Assembly: GCA_905201895.1 (NCBI GenBank)
Contig: CAJKPX010000007.1
Coordinates: 3,240-67,239 of the forward strand
DNA length: 64,000 bases
Reading direction: 5' to 3'
From: an uncultured Eubacteriales bacterium
Lineage (GTDB): Bacteria > Bacillota > Clostridia > Oscillospirales > CAG-272
The notes under the pieces: generated by a model
Told to the model about the DNA's origin: nothing
Seen by the model: only the letters and a program-made list of their open reading frames with translations
Databases searched by the model: none
Shown here: one piece after another, positions 1 through 9,411 of the stretch
Numbering within the stretch: position 1 is the first letter of the stretch
Layout: every line of letters begins with the position of its first letter
Translations under genes and position numbers: made by a program

Positions 1-6
1 CTCCTT

Positions 7-1227
7 TTATTGCTGCCCGTCCGCCTTGTGTTGATAGAGCTTGGCAAGACCGCCCTCGGAGGTTTCGCGATAGTGATGCGAGAGGTCGATACCGGTTTGA
101 TACATGGTGTGCACGATGAGGTCAAACGAAATTTTGCGGCTGTCCGAAAGGAAGTTTGCAAGACTGAGCGCGTTGATGGCGCGCATTGCAGCCACCGCGT
201 TGCGCTCGATGCAGGGAATCTGCACCAGACCGCAAACGGGGTCGCAGGTGAGCCCCAGATGATGCTCCAGCGCGATCTCGGCGGCATACTCGATCTGGTC
301 GATGCCCATCTCAAAGAGCTCCGCCAGTGCTGCCGACGCCATTGAGCACGCCGTTCCGACCTCTGCCTGACAGCCGCACTCGGCACCGCTGATCGAGGCG
401 TTGGTTGCAACCAGGTTTCCGATCAGTCCCGCAACCGCCAGCGCGCGGATGATCGCCTCGTCCGAAAAGGAGTTTTTCTCCTGCATATATTTGAGCACCG
501 CGGGCAGTACGCCGCAGGCACCGCAGGTGGGCGCCGTGACAATCAGACCGCAATCGGCATTCTGCTCGCTCACCGCAAAGGCATAGGCGCAAACGATGCG
601 GTTCTCGCGCGTTTGCGGACTCTCGTCGATGTGGCGCTGATTGAACAGGCGCTGTGCCTTTCGCTCAACGCCAAGACCGCCGGGGAGCGTGCCCGTGTGG
701 GTCAGACCCTCACGGATCGCCGCCGACATGGTGTGCCACACCTCGCCGAGAAAATCGCGGAAGTCGGCATCCTCATGTGCAAATACGTAGTCCGAAAGGC
801 GGATGTTCTGTGCCTTGCAGATCGCCGCGATCTCGGTGAAGCTTTCCTCGCGGTATCTCTGCTCACGCTCGGGTGTCTCCTCGCCGCACATCGCGATCTC
901 GCCGCCGCCAACCGAGAGGATGCGTCGCTTGGAGAGAAGCTCCTCACCGCGATAGGCGGCAACCTCCATGGTGTTGGGATGCTCGAGCACGTGCGTGTCG
1001 TCGGGATCAAAAATAATCTCGGTGGGAATAGGTGAAAGGGCTGTCAGAATGGCACGGTCGGTGCCGTGTCCCTTTCCCGTTTTGGCAAGCGAGCCGTAGA
1101 GCGTGACCACAAAGCGGTCTGCCTCGGGCTGTTCATCGCGACAGCGCTTGACCGCAAACACGGGTCCCATCGTGTGCGAGCTGGAGGGGCCGATGCCGAT
1201 CTTGAATAAATTGCGAACCGATTTCAT
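7..1227 (-). CDS. sdaA: L-serine ammonia-lyase (Fe-S L-serine dehydratase, single-chain form)
   Basis: 406-aa ORF. The N-terminal FKIGIGPSSSHTMGP motif is characteristic of Fe-S serine dehydratases. Cys-rich C-terminal half (APTCGACG, SGAECGCQAEVG). Confidence 0.85.
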   Translation of the reverse strand: MKSVRNLFKIGIGPSSSHTMGPVFAVKRCRDEQPEADRFVVTLYGSLAKTGKGHGTDRAILTALSPIPTEIIFDPDDTHVLEHPNTMEVAAYRGEELLSKRRILSVGGGEIAMCGEETPEREQRYREESFTEIAAICKAQNIRLSDYVFAHEDADFRDFLGEVWHTMSAAIREGLTHTGTLPGGLGVERKAQRLFNQRHIDESPQTRENRIVCAYAFAVSEQNADCGLIVTAPTCGACGVLPAVLKYMQEKNSFSDEAIIRALAVAGLIGNLVATNASISGAECGCQAEVGTACSMASAALAELFEMGIDQIEYAAEIALEHHLGLTCDPVCGLVQIPCIERNAVAAMRAINALSLANFLSDSRKISFDLIVHTMYQTGIDLSHHYRETSEGGLAKLYQHKADGQQ

Positions 1228-2877
1228 TTAATGTCCTCCTGCAATGCGGCGCAAACGCTTCATCACCGCGTTTTCTCCGCGCCCGAAATAATCGTAGAGC
1301 CGAACGTACTCGTCATAAATCTCATTGTAGATACAACGGTTCTCCGCGATGGGGCGGTAGACCGTTGCGCGCTTGACCGACAGCACCTCTGCTGCCTCAC
1401 GCACCGACGGATAAAGCTGTGCCGCCACCGCCGCGTAAATCGCGCTACCGTGCGCACCTCCCTGGTCGGTGTCAACCACCGACAGCTCGCGCCCGAGCAC
1501 GTCGGCGTAGATCTGCATCATCATCGGGTCTTTTTTTGCAATGCCGCCCGAGGCACGGATCTCACGGATCGAAAGGCCGCCGCCCTCAAACGCCTCAAGA
1601 ATGCGACGCACACCAAAAGCCGTTGCCTCGATCAGGGCGCGGTAGATCTCCTCGGGTTGCGTGCCGATCGTAAGTCCCAGGATCATGCCTGAGAGATCGG
1701 AATCCTGCAAGAGGCTGCGGTTGCCGTTGAACCAATCGAGCGCCAACAGTCCGCTCTCGCCAACGCGCAGGCGCTCTGCACGCGCGCGCAGATATTGGTG
1801 AATGCTCACGCCCTCCTCGCGCGCCGCCGTGCGGTAGGTCTCGGGAACGCAATGACGGACAAACCAATCGAAGCTGTCGCCCACACCGCTCTGCCCTGCC
1901 TCGTAGGTGTAGAGCCCGGGTACCACACAATCGCGCACCACGCCGCAGATACCCGTAACGTCGTATCTCTCGCTTGCGTGGAGAAGCTGGACGCCGGACG
2001 TGCCCACGATCGCCATCAGCACGCCGGGTTCGGTGACGTTGAGCGCCGGCATTGCGGCGTGCGCGTCGAGAATCGGCATGGCAAGTGCCGTTCCCTCACA
2101 AAGCCCCGTCATCGCGGCACCGCGTGCGTTGAGCACGCCTGCCTTCTCGGCAACCGAGCGTACCTCGGCGGGAATTTTCGTGCCAATCAAACCCGACAGT
2201 CGCGAATCGAGCGCACAAAGAAAATCGTTTGACGGGTAGCCTCGCCCGTCACCCCAGAAATATTTATAGCCCGCAAAGCCTACCGCGCGACTCTCCTCGC
2301 CCGTGAGCAGAAGCGAAAGCCAATCGCCCGCCTCGATGAAGCGGTCGGCATCGGCATAGACCTCGGGATCGCGGTTGAGCGTCTCCAGAATTTTCGGAAG
2401 CGCCCACTCGGAGGAGACCCTGCCGCCGTAGGACGCAAGCCACTCCTCGCCCCTCGCCCGAGCAACCTCGGTAATGCGATCCGCCTCCGCCTGCGCGCCG
2501 TGATGCTTCCAGAGCTTAACCCATGCGTGCGGTCGGCTCCGATAGCGCTCCTCGGTGCAGAGCGGCGTGCCGTCCTCTCTGATGGGCAGGAAGGTGCAGG
2601 TGGTAAAGTCGATGCCAAGCCCCACCACTGCCTCGGGAGATACCCCTGTTTTCTCAAGCACACCGCGCACAACGGCACCGAGCACCTCAAGATAGTCGCC
2701 CGGATGCTGCAGCGCAAACTGCGGCGGCAACGGGGTGCCATCGGGCAGAGCACGCTCCATCACTCCGTGGGGATATTCCATCACCGCAGACCCCAGCACC
2801 TCTCCGCTCACGGCGTCCAGAAGGATCGCCCGTCCCGAGAGCGTGCCGAAATCCACTCCTATCGTATAGCGTTTCAT
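1228..2877 (-). CDS. araB: FGGY-family carbohydrate kinase, ribulokinase-like
   Basis: 549-aa ORF. N-terminus YTIGVDFGTLSGRA is the FGGY/actin-fold phosphate-1 motif. Length and overall pattern fit AraB-type ribulokinases. Confidence 0.75.
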   Translation of the reverse strand: MKRYTIGVDFGTLSGRAILLDAVSGEVLGSAVMEYPHGVMERALPDGTPLPPQFALQHPGDYLEVLGAVVRGVLEKTGVSPEAVVGLGIDFTTCTFLPIREDGTPLCTEERYRSRPHAWVKLWKHHGAQAEADRITEVARARGEEWLASYGGRVSSEWALPKILETLNRDPEVYADADRFIEAGDWLSLLLTGEESRAVGFAGYKYFWGDGRGYPSNDFLCALDSRLSGLIGTKIPAEVRSVAEKAGVLNARGAAMTGLCEGTALAMPILDAHAAMPALNVTEPGVLMAIVGTSGVQLLHASERYDVTGICGVVRDCVVPGLYTYEAGQSGVGDSFDWFVRHCVPETYRTAAREEGVSIHQYLRARAERLRVGESGLLALDWFNGNRSLLQDSDLSGMILGLTIGTQPEEIYRALIEATAFGVRRILEAFEGGGLSIREIRASGGIAKKDPMMMQIYADVLGRELSVVDTDQGGAHGSAIYAAVAAQLYPSVREAAEVLSVKRATVYRPIAENRCIYNEIYDEYVRLYDYFGRGENAVMKRLRRIAGGH

Positions 2878-2893
2878 CTTTTCACCTCATGCT

Positions 2894-3718
2894 TCAGATC
2901 ATCTGATCGGCGCACATGCGCAAGCGCCCCTTGCGCGTCTCGCCGTCAAAGGAACGCAGAATAAAGCGACCGTAGCCGCGCACCGAAACCGTTGCGGGTG
3001 GAGTCAGGATGACGTCCACGCGCTCCTCGGGCTCAAAATCAACCTCCACCAATCCGCTTCGCACCGCTCGCTGGGCAGCGTCACGCGAGAGATTGGTGAG
3101 TGCCGCAACCACGCAATCGAGGCGCGGCGAGGCAACCGTATCGCGGATCGGGCGGTATTTTCTGCCGTCGGTAAAGCTCCCGTCGGGCACGTAGGGCGTG
3201 CAATGCACGCTGTCCGAGCCGATTCTGCACAGATTTTCGGTCAGGAACGGCAGCATCAGGCGTGGACAGAACACCACCGCCTCGTGTTCGTTTTGCACGG
3301 CAATATCCCCCAGCGCGTCACGCTCCAGCCCGAGCGCGAGGATCGAGCCGAGATAATCGCGGTGCGCAAGCACGCGATAGCCGCTGCCCTTGATGCGAAC
3401 CGCCTGCACCGCCTCACCGACCTCCTCCTCAAGGAGCGCCAACACGGCAGCGTCATCATCCTCGGGCACCCGCTCGCCCTCAAGTGCCGCGAGCAGATAA
3501 TCGGGCAACAAAAAGAGGCATGCACGCTCTGCGCCGCCGTAGCCGCCCCAGAACCATGCCGCCTCCCATGCGCCGCACATTCGCAGATAGCGCTCTGCCG
3601 CACGTCTCTCGCGCGGCGTCAGAAACGGCAGACCCGCCACCTCTCCGCGTCGGCTCTTTTCCACCGCATCGGAAAGGCGCGCCTCAAGCAGATCGCGCGA
3701 AAAAATACGCTCCGTCAT
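2894..3718 (-). CDS. ylmH: YlmH-like RNA-binding (S4-domain) division-cluster protein
   Basis: 274-aa ORF directly downstream of yggT/sepF in the conserved ylmE-sepF-ylmG-ylmH order. The C-terminal RLDCVVAALTNLSRDAAQRAVRSGLVEVD segment is S4-like. Confidence 0.65.
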   Translation of the reverse strand: MTERIFSRDLLEARLSDAVEKSRRGEVAGLPFLTPRERRAAERYLRMCGAWEAAWFWGGYGGAERACLFLLPDYLLAALEGERVPEDDDAAVLALLEEEVGEAVQAVRIKGSGYRVLAHRDYLGSILALGLERDALGDIAVQNEHEAVVFCPRLMLPFLTENLCRIGSDSVHCTPYVPDGSFTDGRKYRPIRDTVASPRLDCVVAALTNLSRDAAQRAVRSGLVEVDFEPEERVDVILTPPATVSVRGYGRFILRSFDGETRKGRLRMCADQMI

Positions 3719-3990
3719 ACCGCCAAAAGAAGCAAGCGAAGCAGAATCAGCGACAAAAGCGCCATGAAAAAGGGCACGTCGAGCGGACTTCCCTCAAACC
3801 AATGGCGCGCCGCACAAAGCTTGCGGAACGGCAAAATGATCGGCTCGGTAATCATCACCATAAACGCCGAAAAGCCACCCTCCTCCATCGGGTCGATCCA
3901 AGAAAGCACCGCGCGGATGAGCATGGCAAGGTCGAGCACCTCGACCAGAACCAAAACAAATTGCTTGAGCAGATAGAGTACAACCTCCAA
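3715..3990 (-). CDS. yggT: YggT/YlmG family membrane protein
   Basis: Hydrophobic ~91-aa product with the LIRAVLSWI motif typical of YggT. Start placed at a TTG preceded by GAAAGGAAG. The open frame continues up to 4077, so the start is uncertain. Confidence 0.65.
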   Translation of the reverse strand: MEVVLYLLKQFVLVLVEVLDLAMLIRAVLSWIDPMEEGGFSAFMVMITEPIILPFRKLCAARHWFEGSPLDVPFFMALLSLILLRLLLLAV

Positions 3991-4107
3991 AACGGGATTC
4001 TTCCTTTCCTTGTCTCTATATCGTACAAATGGGGTGTCTCGAATGCAGATCGCATTCGGTCGACACCCCTTTTTCAACGGCCGACCTTACAGATCGTGTA
4101 AAGTGCC

Positions 4108-4608
4108 TCAAGCCTCCTCGTCGGCGGGAATCTCCTCGTATGACTCGTCACCCTCAACCGGTGCCTCATCAGCGGGCTCCTCGGACACGATGCCCGAAAT
4201 GTCCACGCCTGCGGGGGAGACCACGATGGTGCTCTTGTTGGTTTTGATCATCTCTCCGCCGAGCACGTAGACAACGCCTGCCAGAAATCCAACCAGACGC
4301 TGCGCCTTGTCCTTTGCAAGATCGCTCACGTCGAGCAGAACGATGCAGCCCTCCTTGAGCTTATCCGCGATCGTGCTTGCCTCGATGTGGCTCTTGGGCT
4401 TGAGCAGCTTGATCTCCACCTTATCGGGGGTTGCAGGGGTTGCGTCCACAACGCGTCCTGCGGACTCACCCACAGCGGCAACGTCGGCGGACTCATCGTC
4501 TGCCATTTCCATCTTCAGATCCTCGGGCATCATGTAGACGTCCTCGTAGTTTTCGTCCTCCTGCAGGTCTGCATTATCGTTTCTGAGAAATCTTTTCAGC
4601 ATATTCAT
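4108..4608 (-). CDS. sepF: Cell division protein SepF
   Basis: 166-aa ORF with an acidic linker. The C-terminal core (LKPKSHIEASTIADKLKEGCIVLLDVSDL...RLVGFLAGVVYVLGGEM) matches the SepF fold pattern. Sits between yggS and yggT. Confidence 0.85.
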   Translation of the reverse strand: MNMLKRFLRNDNADLQEDENYEDVYMMPEDLKMEMADDESADVAAVGESAGRVVDATPATPDKVEIKLLKPKSHIEASTIADKLKEGCIVLLDVSDLAKDKAQRLVGFLAGVVYVLGGEMIKTNKSTIVVSPAGVDISGIVSEEPADEAPVEGDESYEEIPADEEA

Positions 4609-4623
4609 GTTTGTTTTCCTCCC

Positions 4624-5376
4624 TTATCTTTCCTCTTTATTTTCATTTATATACTGTTCTGTTGGGACTTGAGGCTCTTCAAATAACGCTCTCCCGACGC
4701 GCACGATTGTCGCACCTTCCTCGATCGCCGCCTCAAAGCTTCCCGACATGCCCATAGACATCATTGGCTCACCTATATTATATAGTTTTTTTTGCCAAAT
4801 ATCAAGACATTGTCGGTAAGTTTCTCGAAAATATTTTCGGTATTCCTCGTTTTTTTCACATTTCGGAGCCATCGTCATAAATCCGCGTAGCCGTATGCCC
4901 GGAAAATCCGACAGCGCCCTGCAAAATTCCTCGACCTCGCCCGGCGGAAGCCCGCTTTTGCTTGCCTCCTCGCCGCTGTTGATCTCAACGAGAATATCCA
5001 TCACAAGCCCGTGCCGCTGTGCCTGTCGGTCGATCTCACGCGCAAGTGAGAGCGAGTCGACCGAATGGATCATACACACCTTGTCGATGATGTATTTGAC
5101 CTTATTTCTCTGGAGCGTTCCGATGAAATGCACGCGCATCCCCTCGCGGTCGAGCGCGTCCCATCGTTCCAGCAGCTGCTGCACGCGATTTTCTCCAACG
5201 TCACTCACGCCAAGCCTGCGATGCAGATAGTTGATATGCTCGGCATCGGTGTATTTCACCGCTGCCAGAAGCGTGACGCTCCGCTCTCCGAAGCGCTCGG
5301 CGCTCCGTTGCACCGCCGCGTCGATCCGCGCACGGATCGCCCCCACGTTGGCGTCCATATAGGACAGATCATTCAT
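4624..5376 (-). CDS. yggS: YggS/YlmE family pyridoxal-phosphate homeostasis protein
   Basis: 250-aa ORF. LLAAVKY and HFIGTLQRNKVKY motifs are typical of the YggS alanine-racemase-fold family. Position is upstream of sepF. Confidence 0.85.
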   Translation of the reverse strand: MNDLSYMDANVGAIRARIDAAVQRSAERFGERSVTLLAAVKYTDAEHINYLHRRLGVSDVGENRVQQLLERWDALDREGMRVHFIGTLQRNKVKYIIDKVCMIHSVDSLSLAREIDRQAQRHGLVMDILVEINSGEEASKSGLPPGEVEEFCRALSDFPGIRLRGFMTMAPKCEKNEEYRKYFRETYRQCLDIWQKKLYNIGEPMMSMGMSGSFEAAIEEGATIVRVGRALFEEPQVPTEQYINENKEER

Positions 5377-6632
5377 CGGTATACCCTCCCCTCGTATAAA
5401 TTTTCTCCCGAGGTGATCATCATATCGTTTCGGGAAAGATAGCCCTCGCGATCACCCTCCTCGGCAACGATGCAATAGCCGTCTCCTCGATAGAGCACCT
5501 CCACACGTCGGAAGCGCACCGTGCTCTCCTCGAAGATGAACACGCCTTCAACGCCGTCCTGCACGCGCAACGCCGCGTCGGGGACATGGTAGCCCACGTA
5601 GCTCCCCACCGTGATCTGCACGCGCTGGGACCGCAAATAGACGAAATCGGTTGGCACCTCATCGGTGAAAAAGACTGCGACCGCTCGTCCGTCCGCCGCC
5701 TCGACCAGCCGCTCGCAGATCAGCGTCATCTCGCGTCCGCCGTTGTCGGGAAATACGAAGTCATAGTCCTCGCCCGCCTCAAAAAAGGCGGTGCACGCTG
5801 CGTCAATCGCAACCGCAAGATACCAGCGGTTGCCGATCGCCATTTTCCCGACCGCAAAGCCACCGCTCTCGGGGGGCTCTGTCGCGACCAGGTCCTCAAA
5901 GCTCTCCACCGTCAGGCTCTCAAGCACTGCCGTTGTAAAGAGTGACTCATATCCGTCCACTCGCGAGGCATCGTAAAAATACCCCGAGGCATCGCTATTG
6001 TAAACCGTGAGCGGCGTTCCACGCAGAATCGCGTCACGCTCGGCATGAAGTGCCTCCAGCGTGGTCTCCACACCGCCCTCCTCGCCAATGAGCGTGCGAT
6101 AGCGATTGAGCAAAGCCAGCATCGTGTCCGAAAGTGCCCGCAGCTCCTCGCGTTCTCCGCGAGAGAGGGCTCGCCGCATCTGCACGTAGATCGCTTCCGC
6201 CTCCCGACGGAACAGCTCCGCCTTGGCGAGCGTGGTCCCCGCGCCGAGGCGACTGTCCTCCAGCACGGCGATCATACGGGTCACCGCGTCGAGTCGGATC
6301 TGTGCCGACACGCGGCTTTCATCATTGTATCCGTCCCACACCTCGGCAACTCTTGAGCCCTTGGCAACCTTTTCGCCGTTCTCGGCGAAACGCAGGATCA
6401 CACCCGCGCCCGAGGTGGTGAGCACGCGCTCCTCCCGAAAGAGATAGGCGTCACCGCCAACGATCTGATAGTCGGTGTGCAGATAAGCAGGCGTTGTCAT
6501 GGGCGGCTCGTGCGGCGAAAGCACGTGAAAGAAAACGTAGACGAGCAGACCGAGCAGGGCAAGCGTTGCCGCAAAGCGCGGAAAATATTTTTTCAAAAAT
6601 GCAAATCTTGTCACGCGGCACCTCCTCCCCAC
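5373..6632 (-). CDS. Membrane-anchored HlyD-like (periplasmic adaptor-like) protein
   Basis: 419-aa ORF with a single N-terminal TM helix (FAATLALLGLLVYVFFHVL), then a coiled-coil-like middle and a beta-rich C-terminus. Assignment is by architecture only. Confidence 0.4.
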   Translation of the reverse strand: MGRRCRVTRFAFLKKYFPRFAATLALLGLLVYVFFHVLSPHEPPMTTPAYLHTDYQIVGGDAYLFREERVLTTSGAGVILRFAENGEKVAKGSRVAEVWDGYNDESRVSAQIRLDAVTRMIAVLEDSRLGAGTTLAKAELFRREAEAIYVQMRRALSRGEREELRALSDTMLALLNRYRTLIGEEGGVETTLEALHAERDAILRGTPLTVYNSDASGYFYDASRVDGYESLFTTAVLESLTVESFEDLVATEPPESGGFAVGKMAIGNRWYLAVAIDAACTAFFEAGEDYDFVFPDNGGREMTLICERLVEAADGRAVAVFFTDEVPTDFVYLRSQRVQITVGSYVGYHVPDAALRVQDGVEGVFIFEESTVRFRRVEVLYRGDGYCIVAEEGDREGYLSRNDMMITSGENLYEGRVYR

Positions 6633-6647
6633 GTTTCTCGGGTCACG

Positions 6648-7610
6648 TCAGTCCGTGCCGCTCTGCCAGATCGCCACGGCTTCGTCGCACAGCTCGTCGA
6701 GCGAGCGAGTCTGTCCGTCTCTTGCCGCCTCAATCCAGCGCACGTAGTCCTTGGCACCAAACCAGGTCATCTGTCGCTTGGCATAGCGGCGCGTTGCGGT
6801 CTTGAGCAGCTCCACCGCCTCCGCCTCACTCTGCTCTCCGTCAAGACAGGCAAGCAGCTCCTTGTAGCCGATCGCCTGTGCCGCCGTGTGATTTTCGGCA
6901 AACACACCCTCGGCAAGCAGTGCACGCGTCTCGTCAAGCAGTCCGTCGGCAAGCATGCGATCCACGCGCGCGTTGATGCGTGCATGAAGCAATGCACGGT
7001 CGGGATAGCAAAGACCGATCACAGTAGCATCAAAGGGGCTTTCCCACGCCTGCGTGAGACGGTCTGCCTCGCTTTTGGTCATGCCCGTTCCTTCATATAT
7101 TTCAAGCGCGCGGATCACACGCTTGACGTTGTTTTCATGGATCGACGCCGCGCTTTCGGGGTCGCCCTCGGCGAGCCGACGGTGTAGCGCCGCACTCCCC
7201 TCCTCTGCCGCAATCGCAAGCAACCGCTCACGCGCGGCGGGGTCAATGCGCGTTTCGGCAAAGCCTCCGCGCAGAAGCGAATCGAGATAGAGCCCCGTAC
7301 CGCCGCAAAGAATCGGCAGACCTCCGCGCGCGGCAATCTCTCCGATCACGCACTGTGCCATCGAAACGTAGTCGGCGCAGGAAAAAGGCTCGTGCGGCTC
7401 GGCAACGTCGATCATGTGATGCGCGATCCCCTCGCACTCGCTCGCCGTCGGCTTCGCGGTTCCGATATTCATGCGTCGGTAGACCTGCATCGAGTCGCAG
7501 GAGACGACCTCGCCTCCGAGCCGCTTCGCCAATGCCACCGCCAACGCGCTTTTCCCGCTCGCCGTGGGACCGACAACGGCAAGCACCCGAATTTTTGAGC
7601 CGTCGCTCAC
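6648..7610 (-). CDS. miaA: tRNA dimethylallyltransferase
   Basis: 320-aa ORF with P-loop VVGPTASGKSALA followed by VSCDSMQVYRRMNIGTAKP, the canonical MiaA N-terminus. Confidence 0.9.
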   Translation of the reverse strand: MSDGSKIRVLAVVGPTASGKSALAVALAKRLGGEVVSCDSMQVYRRMNIGTAKPTASECEGIAHHMIDVAEPHEPFSCADYVSMAQCVIGEIAARGGLPILCGGTGLYLDSLLRGGFAETRIDPAARERLLAIAAEEGSAALHRRLAEGDPESAASIHENNVKRVIRALEIYEGTGMTKSEADRLTQAWESPFDATVIGLCYPDRALLHARINARVDRMLADGLLDETRALLAEGVFAENHTAAQAIGYKELLACLDGEQSEAEAVELLKTATRRYAKRQMTWFGAKDYVRWIEAARDGQTRSLDELCDEAVAIWQSGTD

Positions 7611-7684
7611 CGCCGCTCCCTCCTTTTTACGGTTTTTCAGATCAGATAAACGCTCCGCTCACAAGACGGGCAGAACAGAGAACC

Positions 7685-7906
7685 TCAGCGGTTGCCGCCT
7701 CCCGAGGCTTCGCCCCCATTCGCAGCACCCGCGCGAGGATCGCGGCGGATCTCAAAAGGAATGGCCTTTTCGTAAACCATTTGCTTGAGAAAGATATTCA
7801 CCGCAGTGGAAAGATCCATGCCCAGATCGGCAAGCAGCTCCTGTGCACGCGCCTTTGTTTCGGCGTCGATGCTGACGTTTGTTGATACCTTTGCCACGGT
7901 TGCCAC
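7685..7906 (-). CDS. RelB/DinJ-family antitoxin-like ribbon-helix-helix protein
   Basis: 73-aa ORF. NVSIDAETKARAQELLADLGMDLSTAVNIFLKQMV resembles the DinJ/RelB RHH core. No toxin gene follows it on the same strand. Confidence 0.6.
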   Translation of the reverse strand: MATVAKVSTNVSIDAETKARAQELLADLGMDLSTAVNIFLKQMVYEKAIPFEIRRDPRAGAANGGEASGGGNR

Positions 7907-8281
7907 TCCTTTCTTTCATCGTTTGACACGCAGGGGTTCCCCCACCCTGCGCGCCTTCCTGCTTATTATAACACAATATGCGCATATTGTCAATATCTTT
8001 TGTTAATTTTTTTATATTTTTATCATTGTTTATGTTAAAAATCCAACATTTTATGCGCATGTCTTGAGAGGACCAACAAAAATCCGCAAAAGACGGCAAA
8101 AGGCGAGAAAAAGAGACGGAAGAACACACGCCCCGACATCGGAATATCCTATTAGCAGCACTTCTGTTTCGGAAGAAAATTCCTCAACCAAAGTTTGGAG
8201 AACGTGTTTAGAGCGCACGTTCAGAAGGAAAGAATAGAAGCAGAGATCAAAAGCTCTATGCCAAAAGAAAGGAAAAGCGAT

Positions 8282-8956
8282 ATGAGCGTCAGACGAGGAG
8301 ATATTTATTATGCGGATCTGAGTCCTGTGGTGGGCTCGGAGCAGGGCGGACTCCGCCCCGTTCTGATTATTCAGAACGACATCGGAAACAAATACAGCCC
8401 CACCGTGATCGCGGCAGCAATTACCTCACGCATGAGCAAGACCCGACTCCCCACCCACATCGACATCTATGCCGAGGAGGTGGGACTCGCCAAGGATTCG
8501 GTGATCCTGCTCGAGCAGATCCGCACGCTGGATAAGCGGAGGCTCAAGGAGAAGATGGGACACCTGGACGAGCGCAAAATGGACTACGTGAATACCGCGA
8601 TCGCCATCAGCTTTGGGCTGGGCGACCCCGGGCAGGATGCCGCCATGCGCGCCATGATGCAGCGAAGCCATACCGCAGGCGGCACGCATGCCCCGAGCGC
8701 ACGCCCTGCTGCGGCGGTAGCATCCACCGCGACGGGCACCGCGGTCGGCACCGCAGACCTCCCCACGAGCCCCCCAACGGGCACCCACACGAACACACCC
8801 GCAACCATTTCAACCGCACCCCGTTTCCATACTACCTCAACCGCCTCGGGAGCAGGCGCATCAAACGCAGCGCAGGGGGCGTCGACAATTGCAGGGGGAA
8901 CAGCCCAAGAGCAAACGCAGGCGACCGATCACACACGCACCATCCCCGAGTCATAA
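8282..8956 (+). CDS. mazF: MazF/EndoA-family mRNA interferase with a ~110-aa low-complexity C-terminal extension
   Basis: Residues after MSV ([46 protein letters not shown]...[16 protein letters not shown]) align along the whole length with Bacillus EndoA. The frame then continues through a T/A/G/P-rich tail. The open frame begins at 8195; ATG 8282 is chosen by homology. Confidence 0.8.
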   Translation: MSVRRGDIYYADLSPVVGSEQGGLRPVLIIQNDIGNKYSPTVIAAAITSRMSKTRLPTHIDIYAEEVGLAKDSVILLEQIRTLDKRRLKEKMGHLDERKMDYVNTAIAISFGLGDPGQDAAMRAMMQRSHTAGGTHAPSARPAAAVASTATGTAVGTADLPTSPPTGTHTNTPATISTAPRFHTTSTASGAGASNAAQGASTIAGGTAQEQTQATDHTRTIPES

Positions 8957-9067
8957 CAAAGGGATACCGCAGCGTAAAACCGTCCCACGAGTCACGGGCA
9001 TACACGGCGAATGTGCGGGAGAGCCTTGTTTTGGCGTCTTTTTATCAAAACTTTTTGAGAAAAGGTA

Positions 9068-9096
9068 TTGACAAACGGCTTCGGATTGTGTATAAT
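9068..9096 (+). promoter_or_regulatory. Sigma-70-type promoter for tRNA-Ser
   Basis: TTGACA (9068-9073), 17-nt spacer, TATAAT (9091-9096). Lies about 50 nt upstream of the tRNA. Confidence 0.7.
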
Positions 9097-9144
9097 ATAC
9101 TTTGTCACAAGAATCTGCAAGCGGCGTCTTGTGATTGAGTATAC

Positions 9145-9236
9145 GGAGAAGTACTCAAGAGGCCGAAGAGGCGCCCCTGCTAAGGGTGTAGGCCGGGTTT
9201 ACCGGCGCGAGAGTTCAAATCTCTCCTTCTCCGCCA
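9145..9236 (+). tRNA. tRNA-Ser (anticodon GCT), class II with long variable arm, CCA encoded
   Basis: Manual fold: acceptor GGAGAAG/CTTCTCC, D arm CTC..GAG, anticodon stem CGCCC/GGGTG with loop CTGCTAA, long variable arm, T arm GAGAG-TTCAAAT-CTCTC, 3' GCCA. Confidence 0.9.
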
Positions 9237-9240
9237 AAAA
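9214..9240 (+). repeat. attL core (27-bp direct repeat shared with 54132-54158)
   Basis: TTCAAATCTCTCCTTCTCCGCCAAAAA occurs identically at 54132-54158. It covers the T-loop to the 3' end of the tRNA. Confidence 0.85.
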
Positions 9241-9246
9241 GATTAA

Positions 9247-9277
9247 CCGAGGAAAAGTCCATTTTCCTCGGTTTTTC
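9247..9277 (+). terminator. Rho-independent terminator after the tRNA (phage-supplied)
   Basis: Stem CCGAGGAAAA/TTTTCCTCGG followed by a T-run. Confidence 0.55.
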
Positions 9278-9411
9278 TTTGTTTTTTGCCGTTTTTCGCC
9301 CATTTCCGTGCTTTTTGCGCCCAATGTCATGTCATTTTTCTTTGGGTAGGTTTGGGCAATTTTAGGGAATTTTAAGGATTAAAGTGTTGTCAAATTGTTG
9401 TCAACACTTGA

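Noticed and set aside
7752-8129. 125-aa minus-strand ORF spanning the DinJ-like gene's upstream AT-rich region.
   Set aside because: - It overlaps the better-supported 73-aa RHH gene in another frame.
- It runs through an AT-rich promoter-like tract.
- It has no RBS or motif support.
8195-8281. Upstream extension of the MazF ORF ([29 protein letters not shown]) could be a fused antitoxin remnant.
   Set aside because: - It is only 29 codons, starts at a non-ATG codon and has no RHH/AbrB pattern.
- Homology to EndoA begins right after the ATG at 8282, which has its own purine-rich RBS.
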